DNA from: an uncultured bacterium | GTDB lineage: Bacteria > Actinomycetota > Actinomycetes > JAVEEB01 | Length of the DNA stretch: 50,581 bases | Assembly (NCBI GenBank): GCA_964236265.1 | Contig: CAXSDE010000013.1 | Location: 7,737-58,317, forward strand | Direction: 5' to 3' | Shown: positions 31,899 through 39,949 of the stretch, in pieces | Position numbering within the stretch: the stretch's first letter is position 1 | How the letters are laid out: each line of letters begins with the position of its first letter | Program-made: the position numbers and the translations under genes | Notes under the pieces: generated by a model | The model's input: only the letters and a program-made list of their open reading frames with translations | What the model was told of the DNA's origin: nothing | Database searches by the model: none

Positions 31899-33813
31899 CC
31901 GACAGCCCGACCGCATCAGCGTCGTGGTCGTCAACTACAACGCGGGCGAGTTGCTCGACCGTTGCCTGGACAGCGTGCGCCAGCACGGGTCGCCGCACGT
32001 GCTGGAGACCATCGTCGTGGACAACGCTTCGGTCGACGGTTCCGCCGACCGGGCCGCGGGACGGGACGACATCGTGCTGGTCCGGAGCGCGACGAACGAC
32101 GGCTTCACCGTGGCCAACAACGCGGCCATCCGCCGCAGCCGCGGTGAGTTCGTGCTAATGCTCAATCCCGACGCCGAGCTGACGCCCGGCGCGCTCGGCG
32201 TCCTGATGCGCACGATGCGTGAGCACCCACGCACCGGGGCCGTCGGCCCGCGGCTCGTCTACCCGGACGGCCGCTTCCAGCGGTGGACGGCGGGCCGCGA
32301 GCCGGGAGTGCTGCCCATGCTCGCGTTCGTCACGGGCGCCGACCGGGTCGCCGACCGCGTCACCGCGCCATCGGGCCTGTTCCTCGCGCACGACGTCGCG
32401 CGACCCCTGCGGCCGGACTGGCTGTGCGACGCGGCCCTGCTGTTGCGGCGAACGGCCCTCGACCAGGTCGGCCTGCTCGATGAGGGTTTCTTCGCCTTCA
32501 TGGAGGACGTCGACCTGTGCCGACGCCTGCGCGAAAGCGGTTGGGCGGTGCGCTACGAGCCGTCAGCGACGTGCATCCATGTCACCGGCGGGAGTGCCCC
32601 CACAAAGGCCGCGGCCAAGCGTCCTGACTACGCCGTGATCAACCTCGTCCGCTACCACGCCCGCACGAGCAGCCGGCCGCGGCACGCGGCGTTCCTCGCC
32701 GTTGCCGGTCTCGGTTTCTTGTCCCGATACGCAGCCCACACCGTGCTGTCGGTCACGTCCGCCGACAAGGCGGCACACCGCACCGCCCGCACGTCCCACC
32801 TGCGCCATCTGCGCGCCCTCATGAGCGGAGGCCCGGTGCCCCGACCGGCGACAACGGACATCACGGACACTGTGACGACCACGACGACCCCCACGACCCC
32901 CACGACCAATGACCACGATGGGCACGCCGACTCCCCTCCAGGACAGGCGCACGCGCACGCGCACGGGCATGGACACGGGCATGGGCGGGACGACGGCGGG
33001 CTTTCCCCGGCGGAGCGGCACCAGCACGAGATCGACACGTACAACGCGCTGGCGATCGAACGCTGGGGCGACGTGCCCGACAGCGAACTGGTGCAGGACC
33101 CCGCGACCCCGCCGTTTCCCAACCGCGCGCACGTCGACTTCCTGACCTATGCCGTTGAGCATCTGCAGCCGCTGCAGGGTGCCCGGGCGCTCGAGGTCGG
33201 TTGCGGCAGCGGGTCGCTCGCGACGTACTTGGCCCTGTTGGGCGCCGATGTCACGGCCATCGACCTGTCGGACGGCATGGTGGCGGTCACCAACCGGCGC
33301 GCTGCCGCCAACGGCGTGGCCGACAGGTGTCACGCGATCACCGCCGCGGTCGAGGAGCTCGACCTGCCCGACGAGTATTTCGACATCATCATCGGCAACC
33401 AGGTGCTGCACCACGTGGAGCTCGAACTCGGGATGAAGAACATGGCGCGCATGCTCGCGCCGGGTGGCCGCGTCGCGTTCTGCGAGCCGGTGCTGTTGCT
33501 CCCCGAGACCGCGCGGCGCGTTCGCAACAGCCGCGCAGTGACCCGGTTGTTCCCGCTGCGCACGGACAGCCCCGACGAGCGTTCCCTCGGTCAACGCGAG
33601 CTCGACATCATCACCGGCGCATTCGACGTCTCGCACCTCGAGACATTCCAGATCATGACCCGGCTCGAAAACTTCGTGCCGGTGAACGACAGGTGGTACC
33701 GACGGCTCGAGGCCGCCGACCGCTTCCTGCTGCGCCGTCTCCCGTCGAGCGCCACGCTCGGCCGTTACGTCGTCGTCACCGCGGGGCGATCGACAGACAA
33801 GGACAACCGATGA
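31885..33813 (+). CDS. GT2 glycosyltransferase fused to a class I SAM methyltransferase via a Thr/His-rich linker
   Basis: TTG 31885 after GGAGG; SVVVVNYN, VVDNASVDGS, LNPD and FMEDVDLC; linker TTTTTPTTPTT..HAHAHGHGHGH; then LEVGCGSG, AIDLS, FDIII..VLHH and LAPGG. Confidence 0.85.
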   Translation: MTGADRQPDRISVVVVNYNAGELLDRCLDSVRQHGSPHVLETIVVDNASVDGSADRAAGRDDIVLVRSATNDGFTVANNAAIRRSRGEFVLMLNPDAELTPGALGVLMRTMREHPRTGAVGPRLVYPDGRFQRWTAGREPGVLPMLAFVTGADRVADRVTAPSGLFLAHDVARPLRPDWLCDAALLLRRTALDQVGLLDEGFFAFMEDVDLCRRLRESGWAVRYEPSATCIHVTGGSAPTKAAAKRPDYAVINLVRYHARTSSRPRHAAFLAVAGLGFLSRYAAHTVLSVTSADKAAHRTARTSHLRHLRALMSGGPVPRPATTDITDTVTTTTTPTTPTTNDHDGHADSPPGQAHAHAHGHGHGHGRDDGGLSPAERHQHEIDTYNALAIERWGDVPDSELVQDPATPPFPNRAHVDFLTYAVEHLQPLQGARALEVGCGSGSLATYLALLGADVTAIDLSDGMVAVTNRRAAANGVADRCHAITAAVEELDLPDEYFDIIIGNQVLHHVELELGMKNMARMLAPGGRVAFCEPVLLLPETARRVRNSRAVTRLFPLRTDSPDERSLGQRELDIITGAFDVSHLETFQIMTRLENFVPVNDRWYRRLEAADRFLLRRLPSSATLGRYVVVTAGRSTDKDNR

Positions 33814-34937
33814 AGATCTTGGCCACCGGCACCGCCGGCATGCTCGGCAGCGGACTGGTCCCTGCGCTCGTCGCGGCCGGTCACGATGTCGTGGCGACCG
33901 ACATCAACCTCGCTGACCCCGCACCGTTCGGTGCCGACGGGCCGGCGTTGCAGCACCTCGACGTGCGCGACCGCGGTGCGGTGAGCGACGCCGTCGATGA
34001 GGTCCGGCCGGACCTGGTGGTGCACCTCGCGGCCGTCACGGGTCTGGAGGACTGCGAGAACGACAGCGACAACGCGTGGGCGACAAACGCTCTCGGCACG
34101 AAGCATGCGGCCCTCGCCGCCAAGAGCGTCGGGGCGGCGATCGTCTACATCAGCACCGCCGGTGTTTTCGACGGCACCAAGACAACGCCGTACGACGAGT
34201 ACGACGCCGCCAACCCCATCAACGTCTACGGGGCGTCGAAGTACGAGGGCGAGCGCTTCATCCGCTGGTTTTCCGACAAGGCCTACATCGTGCGGGCCGG
34301 CTGGATGGTCGGCGGCGGGGCGAAGGACCACAAGTTCGTGGCCCGCATCCTCAACCAGGTCCGCGACGGCCGCGACACCATCTACGCGGTCGACGACAAG
34401 CTCGGGACCCCCACGTACGTGCCGGACTTCAGCGCCTGCTTGTGCCGCTTGATCGCCAAGCAGGCCTACGGTCTCTACCACATGGCGTGCGAGGGCGAAG
34501 GGAGCCGGTACGACGTCGCCTGCGCGATCATCGACGTGCTGGGGCTTTCCGACCGCGTGCGTGTCCTGCCCGTCTCCTCCGCCCACTTCGCCGAGGAGTT
34601 CTTCGCCAACCGCCCCCCGTCGGAGATCATGCGCAACCGGTCTCTCGACCTGCAGGGCGACAACACGATGCGCCCATGGCGCGTCGCGATCGCCGATTAC
34701 CTCGCGGTGCACATCGCCAGCGACCCGACGCTCGTCGCACCGCCACGCACCGTCCCCGCCCAACGGCCCGACATCGTGACCAGGCCCGACATCGTGACCA
34801 GGCCCGATGTCGTGACCAGGCCCGACGTCGTGACCATGCCCGACGTCGTGACCAGGCCGGACGTCGTGGCCATGCCGAAGGTCCCGCAGCCGATATCGCC
34901 CGCCCTCGTCACCACACCGGAGTTGAGCCAGCCATGA
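33810..34937 (+). CDS. RmlD-family NDP-4-keto-sugar reductase (divergent second copy)
   Basis: ATG 33810; TGTAGMLG, VHLAA, YISTAGVFDG, VYGASKYEGE and GTPTY; C-terminal (R/M)PD(I/V)VT x6. Confidence 0.88.
   Translation: MKILATGTAGMLGSGLVPALVAAGHDVVATDINLADPAPFGADGPALQHLDVRDRGAVSDAVDEVRPDLVVHLAAVTGLEDCENDSDNAWATNALGTKHAALAAKSVGAAIVYISTAGVFDGTKTTPYDEYDAANPINVYGASKYEGERFIRWFSDKAYIVRAGWMVGGGAKDHKFVARILNQVRDGRDTIYAVDDKLGTPTYVPDFSACLCRLIAKQAYGLYHMACEGEGSRYDVACAIIDVLGLSDRVRVLPVSSAHFAEEFFANRPPSEIMRNRSLDLQGDNTMRPWRVAIADYLAVHIASDPTLVAPPRTVPAQRPDIVTRPDIVTRPDVVTRPDVVTMPDVVTRPDVVAMPKVPQPISPALVTTPELSQP
34764..34877 (+). repeat. In-frame 18-bp tandem repeat x6
   Basis: AGGCCCGAC(A/G)TCGTGACC-type units encoding RPDIVT/RPDVVT. 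Confidence 0.9.
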
Positions 34938-36013
34938 CCGACCTGACCACGACCATCCCTTCGCAGGCAAGCCCGACGAGCCCGCGCACCGCGTCGGTCG
35001 CCGTCGTCATCCCGATGCCGAGCGACCCCGACTGGGCCCTGTTCGATCACGTGCCGGCCGACGTGCCGATCCTCGTCGTCGACGACAGCGACGGGAAGCT
35101 GGCGCCGCCGCCGCGCGACAACGTCACCTATTTCGACTACGGCTCGCAGCGTGACTACATGGGCGAGGCCAACTGGCCGGCCATCCCGCACAAGAGCGCC
35201 GCAACCCGCAACTTCGGGCACTTCTTCGCCTACAAGGAGGGCTACGACGTCATCATCGCCCTCGACTACGACTGCCGCACGCGCGAGGGCTGGCTGGCGG
35301 ACCACCTCGGCTCGCTCGGCATGGTCCTCGACGCACCCGCGCTGAAGGCGGACTGGATCAACTCGGTCGACGTGCCCGGGTGGTACGCGCGCGGCTTCCC
35401 GTACGAGTCCCGCAACACCGACTACGCGCCGGAGGTCACGACCGCGACTGGCATCGTGAAGCTCAACATGGGTCTGTGGGACCACGTGCTGGACCTGAAC
35501 GGGATCGACAAGCTGCAGGCGGAGCCGCCGTACGGTCCGCATGTTCCGGACGTCAACCGCGTCGCCTTGGGCAACATCCCGGTGTGCGGCATGAACAACG
35601 TGTTCTCCGCCGACCTGACCCCCGCATACTTCTTCCTGCCCGACCTGTCCGTCGATGGGTGGAAACTGAGCCGACACGACGACATCTGGGGCGGCTACAT
35701 CACCAAGAAACTGATGGACCTGCGCGGTGACCTGTTCACGTTCGGCAAGCCGGTCGTCGAGCACACGCGGCAGACCCCGCTCGAGCGCGTCGTCGTGATG
35801 GAGCACTGGATGCACCTCATGGCGCGCGAATTCTTCGCCGTCGTCGACGAGGCCGTCGCGACGGTGAAGGTCGCCGACTACACGACCATGTTCGCCGACT
35901 TCACCGAGGCTTACCTGTCGGTGGCCGGGCGCAGCACCGCACCGATGCACTACCGGAAGGTCTACCGGGAGCTCGGCGAGACGATGCAGCTCTGGGCCGC
36001 ATGCTTCGCCTAG
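34934..36013 (+). CDS. Reversibly glycosylated polypeptide / UDP-arabinopyranose mutase-like protein (GT75)
   Basis: Motifs colinear with plant RGP: KSAATRNFG, IIALDYDC, ARGFPYESR, NMGLWDHVLD, PVCGMNNVF, PAYFF and RHDDIWGGY. ATG 34934 overlaps the upstream stop. Confidence 0.8.
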   Translation: MTDLTTTIPSQASPTSPRTASVAVVIPMPSDPDWALFDHVPADVPILVVDDSDGKLAPPPRDNVTYFDYGSQRDYMGEANWPAIPHKSAATRNFGHFFAYKEGYDVIIALDYDCRTREGWLADHLGSLGMVLDAPALKADWINSVDVPGWYARGFPYESRNTDYAPEVTTATGIVKLNMGLWDHVLDLNGIDKLQAEPPYGPHVPDVNRVALGNIPVCGMNNVFSADLTPAYFFLPDLSVDGWKLSRHDDIWGGYITKKLMDLRGDLFTFGKPVVEHTRQTPLERVVVMEHWMHLMAREFFAVVDEAVATVKVADYTTMFADFTEAYLSVAGRSTAPMHYRKVYRELGETMQLWAACFA

Positions 36014-37177
36014 AAACGACGACCCGACCGCTGCGCGCGGCCATCGACGGCCGCGCGCTCGGGTCCGGCTGGGGTGGCGAGGAGACCTACCTGCGGGCCA
36101 TGCTGGCCGGCCTCGCCGAGGTAGGCGGACAGCTCGACCGGTTCCCCGTGTGGATGCGCCCAGGGCTCGAGCCACCCGCCGAGATCGTCGGCGCCGCCGG
36201 CATCCCCGTGCGCCGGCTCGTGACTGCCGTGGGGCCGTGGCATTACGCCGTTCGGTTGCCCCGCGCGGTGCGGCGCGGGAGCGACGACGTCGACGTTCTG
36301 TGCTCGACGACGCACGCGCCGTTGCGGTCCGCCGTCGCGACCGCATTCATCATCGGCGACCTGTCCCCGTTCCACCATCCGGAGTGGTTCCCCCGGCACA
36401 CCGTCGTCCGGCTGCGGGCCGCGTGGCCCATCCACGCACGGCAGGCGGCCGCCGTGCTCGTGCCGTCGGAGTTCACACGCCAGGATGTCATCGAGCGGCT
36501 ACGGGTCCCCGCGGAGCGCGTGTTCGTCGTACCGCCGCATTCCCTTTCTGCGACGACCTGGCGCGACGACGACGACGGCGATGTGCGGCGGGCGGCGGGA
36601 ATCGACGGGCCCTACGTCCTGTCGCTCGGCAACCTGCACCCGCGCAAGAACGTCGGCCGCCTCATCCGCGCGTTCGTCGCGGCGCGATCCGTGCCGGGCA
36701 GCCCCGTCCGTGAGCACCAGTTGGTCATCGCCGGTGGCACGTGGTGGCGCGACGGGGAGGAGCAACGGCTGGCCGCGGCGGCGCCCCCCGGCTCCGTCCG
36801 CATGCTGGGACGCGTCGACGACGCCCGGCGACGCGTTGCTCGCCGGCGCGACGGCTCTCGCCTACGTCTCGCTGTTCGAAGGGTTCGGCCTGCCTCCGAT
36901 CGAGGCGATGGCGGCGGGCACCCCGGTCCTCGTGTCGACCGCCGGCGCCTTGCCCGAGACGTGCGGAGATGGCGCCCTGTACGTCGATCCCTCCGATGTC
37001 GATGCCATCGCGGACGGGCTGACGCGCCTCTGCGAAGAGGCACCGACGCGTGCGTCCCTGCGGCTGCGCGGGTCCGCCCGAGCCGCCGAATTCAACGCCG
37101 CCCGCACCGGGCACGCCGCCCGCGCGGCCCTCGCGTATGCCGCCTTCGGCTCTTCCCCGGCAGCGGTGACGCCGTGA
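36001..37177 (+). pseudogene. GT4 (GT-B) glycosyltransferase with a frameshift near 36829
   Basis: The first frame gives AIDGRAL..GGEETY, DLSPFHHPEWF, VPSEFTR and LGNLHPRKN. The C-terminal DALL..SLFEGFGLPPIEAMAAGTPV is in the +1 frame from 36830. Confidence 0.85.
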
Positions 37178-38361
37178 CGTACGGCCCGTCGCCCCGCGAC
37201 CTCGCGCCGCCGCCCTGGCCGGCGCCCCCGTCCGTCGCCGCGCGCCCGTCGGTCGCGGCGGCGGGCCCTCCGCCGCCACAGGAACCGCCACCACACATAC
37301 CGCCACGGCAACCGCCACGGCAGCGCCCTCGTCGGTCCCGGCGCCGCCGGATCATCCTGCGCACGTTGGCAGCACTGCTGAGTTTAGTTGTCGTGCTGAT
37401 CGCCACGGCCGTCGTCATCGTCTACCGCCAGAACCACCGCGCGGTCACTCCGCTGCCGCCGCCGTTCAGCCTGCCCGCTTCGACGGCGGTGCCGGCCGAC
37501 CACCTGTTGTTCGACTCCGACCGCGCGGGCAACTACGAGATTTTCGCCATGGCCGACGACGGCACCGGCATCCGTGCGATCACCAGCGACCCCACGTACG
37601 ACTCGTGGTGGCCGCAACTCTCGCCCGACCGCACGCATCTACTGTTCTACCGCTCCCCGCGCGGCACCCACGACCGCGACGCCACCGCCAACAGCCTGTG
37701 GGTCGGCAACGCCGATGGCACCGAGCTGCACGAACTGCTGCCGGCCGGCGCGTACGGCTGGGTGCAGCAAGGGCACGCCGAATGGTCGCCCGACGGTCAG
37801 CACCTCGTGATGTTCGCGGGGTCCCGGATCAACCCGCAGCTATGGGAGACGGACGTGCAGGGCCGCAACGCGAAGGCGCTGACATCGCGGCCCGGTGTGA
37901 GCCTCGACCCGTCGTGGTCGCCGGACGGCGACAAGGTCGCGTTCATCGCGTGTCCCGCCCGCGTGTGCTTCGCCGCCGATTACGAGGTGTACGTGCTCGA
38001 TCTCGCCGGCGGGACCAGCACCCGCGTGACGACAAACACGCTGCGAGACCACGACCCCGTGTTCTCCCCCGACGGCACACGGCTGGCGTGGCTCGCGGAG
38101 ACGGCCACCGGGCCGGCCGCGGGCGTCTGGAACGTCCGTTCGGCGGCGCTTGACGGCAGTGACCTCCGCGATGTCACGCACGACGGCAACATCAACAGCC
38201 GGCCGGCCTACTCACGGAACGGCACGGTCATCTACTTCCACCGGCTCGTCTACGGTGCGGCGCCCGCGAGCTTCCAGATCTGGCGCGTATCGCCCGACGG
38301 CTCGGGGCTTGCTCCGGTGGGCGCCGAGCAGCCCGGCAACAACGAATACCCCGCGCCATGA
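37174..38361 (+). CDS. Membrane-anchored TolB-like (PD40) beta-propeller protein
   Basis: GTG 37174; Pro-rich N-terminus, Arg cluster and TM; FDSDRAGNYEIF, PQLSPD, EWSPDG, PSWSPDG, PVFSPDG and PAYSRNG. Confidence 0.85.
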   Translation: MTYGPSPRDLAPPPWPAPPSVAARPSVAAAGPPPPQEPPPHIPPRQPPRQRPRRSRRRRIILRTLAALLSLVVVLIATAVVIVYRQNHRAVTPLPPPFSLPASTAVPADHLLFDSDRAGNYEIFAMADDGTGIRAITSDPTYDSWWPQLSPDRTHLLFYRSPRGTHDRDATANSLWVGNADGTELHELLPAGAYGWVQQGHAEWSPDGQHLVMFAGSRINPQLWETDVQGRNAKALTSRPGVSLDPSWSPDGDKVAFIACPARVCFAADYEVYVLDLAGGTSTRVTTNTLRDHDPVFSPDGTRLAWLAETATGPAAGVWNVRSAALDGSDLRDVTHDGNINSRPAYSRNGTVIYFHRLVYGAAPASFQIWRVSPDGSGLAPVGAEQPGNNEYPAP

Positions 38362-39023
38362 CGGTGCCGGGCCAGCAACGGAACAGGAGTGCCAGCATGC
38401 GGGACATCTCGGTCTACACGGACCCCGATCCGAGTCTGCGGCGCATCATCCGCGCGGACCTCGTCGCGATGGCGCGGCTGAAGGGCCGCGCCTTCAGTGC
38501 GATCGCGGTGCTCGACGTGCTCGCACTCCCGGGAACGTGCGCCGTGTTGCTGTTCCGCTTGTCGCACGCGGCACATCATCACCACCTGCGGCCGTTTTCG
38601 CGGTTGTTCTACTTCCTCAACGTCGTGCTCTTCGGGGCCGACCTCGCACCGACGGCGAAGGTCGCTCCGGGCATGGCCATCGGCCATCCCGTCGGGGTGA
38701 CGATCGGCGGCAACGTCACGATCGGCCCGCGCGTCGTGCTGACCGGACAGGCGGGCGTCGGTGGTGGGCTTCGACCCGACGGCCGCGTGCAGCGGGGTCC
38801 CATCGTGGGCAGCGATGTCGTGTTCTTCTACCGCGCGATCGTCCTCGCCGACGTCGTCATCGGCGACGGCGCCGTCATCGGGGCCAACAGCACCGTGCTC
38901 CACGACGTGCCCCCGCGGAGCGTCGTCATCGGCAACCCGGCGCGCGTGCGATCGACCCGCGACGAGATGGTTTTCGACAACGAAGAGGACTGGTGGCGCG
39001 ACACCTGGGCGGCGGCCGAGTGA
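38358..39023 (+). CDS. Hexapeptide-repeat O-acetyltransferase (CysE/WcaB-like)
   Basis: LFRLSH, GMAIGHPVGVTIG and VIGDGAVIGANSTVLHDVPPRSVVIGNPAR. Confidence 0.88.
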   Translation: MTVPGQQRNRSASMRDISVYTDPDPSLRRIIRADLVAMARLKGRAFSAIAVLDVLALPGTCAVLLFRLSHAAHHHHLRPFSRLFYFLNVVLFGADLAPTAKVAPGMAIGHPVGVTIGGNVTIGPRVVLTGQAGVGGGLRPDGRVQRGPIVGSDVVFFYRAIVLADVVIGDGAVIGANSTVLHDVPPRSVVIGNPARVRSTRDEMVFDNEEDWWRDTWAAAE

Positions 39024-39949
39024 CGACCCCGCCCGACGTCTCGGTCGCTTTCGTCAGCTACGAGTGCCGCGATCTCCTGCTCGAGAGCCTGCGCCGACTG
39101 CCGGCCGCCTTCGTACACGTCACCTTCGAGGTGATCGTCGCCGACAACGCGTCGAGCGACGGCGTCGTCGCGGAGTTGCGGGCGCACCACCCTGAGGTGA
39201 CAGTGCTCGAGCAGGGCGCCAACCTGGGTTTCTCCCGCGCCAACAATGCGGCCTTCGCCGTGGCGCGCGGGCGCTACGTGCTCGTCCTCAACCCCGACAC
39301 GGAGCCCGATCCGGGTTCCCTCGCCGCGCTCGTCGCCTACGCCGACGGCCACCCGGGCAGCGGCCTGTATGCGCCCCACCTCGTCAACAGCGACGGCACG
39401 GACCAGCGCACCGCCCGCTCGTTCCCGACGATGTCGGCGGCGGTCTTCGGCCGGCGGTCGCCGCTGACGCAACTCTGGCCGGCCAACCCGTGGTCCACGC
39501 GCTATCTGCGCACGGGTATCCCCGCGGACGGCGCGACCGCGTTCGCCGTCGACTGGGTCTCGGGCGCGTGCATGCTCGTGCCCGCCGCGGCGCTCCGCGC
39601 GGTCGGCGGCTTCGACCCGCGGTATTTCATGTATTGGGAGGATGCCGATTGGTGCCGGCGGATGTGGAACGCGGGACTGCCGGTGACGGTCGTCCCTTGG
39701 GCCCGGGTTCTGCACCACGAGGGCGGCAGCCGCCGCGGCTGGCCGGCGCGGCAGGTCATCGCGTTCCACGCGGGGGCCCTGAGGTTCTGGCGGTCGCACG
39801 TGGCAACTGGCTGGGCCGCTCCACTGGCCGTCCCGGCGGCGGTGGCGCTCGCCGCCCGCGCCACGCTGACCATCTGCTGGCAGGCGGCGAGCGCGTCACG
39901 CGCCCGTGTTGCCGGCCCTCCGGCGGCCGCAGCCAGTCGCGAGCCCTAG
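39020..39949 (+). CDS. GT2 glycosyltransferase (WbbL-like rhamnosyltransferase type)
   Basis: GTG 39020; [31 protein letters not shown] and [17 protein letters not shown]. Confidence 0.9.
   Translation: MTTPPDVSVAFVSYECRDLLLESLRRLPAAFVHVTFEVIVADNASSDGVVAELRAHHPEVTVLEQGANLGFSRANNAAFAVARGRYVLVLNPDTEPDPGSLAALVAYADGHPGSGLYAPHLVNSDGTDQRTARSFPTMSAAVFGRRSPLTQLWPANPWSTRYLRTGIPADGATAFAVDWVSGACMLVPAAALRAVGGFDPRYFMYWEDADWCRRMWNAGLPVTVVPWARVLHHEGGSRRGWPARQVIAFHAGALRFWRSHVATGWAAPLAVPAAVALAARATLTICWQAASASRARVAGPPAAAASREP

Noticed and set aside
36001-38361. 786-aa GT4-TolB fusion in the ORF track
   Set aside because: The middle of the ORF is off-frame Arg-rich sequence. The real GT4 C-terminus is in the +1 frame and the propeller gene has its own overlapping GTG.
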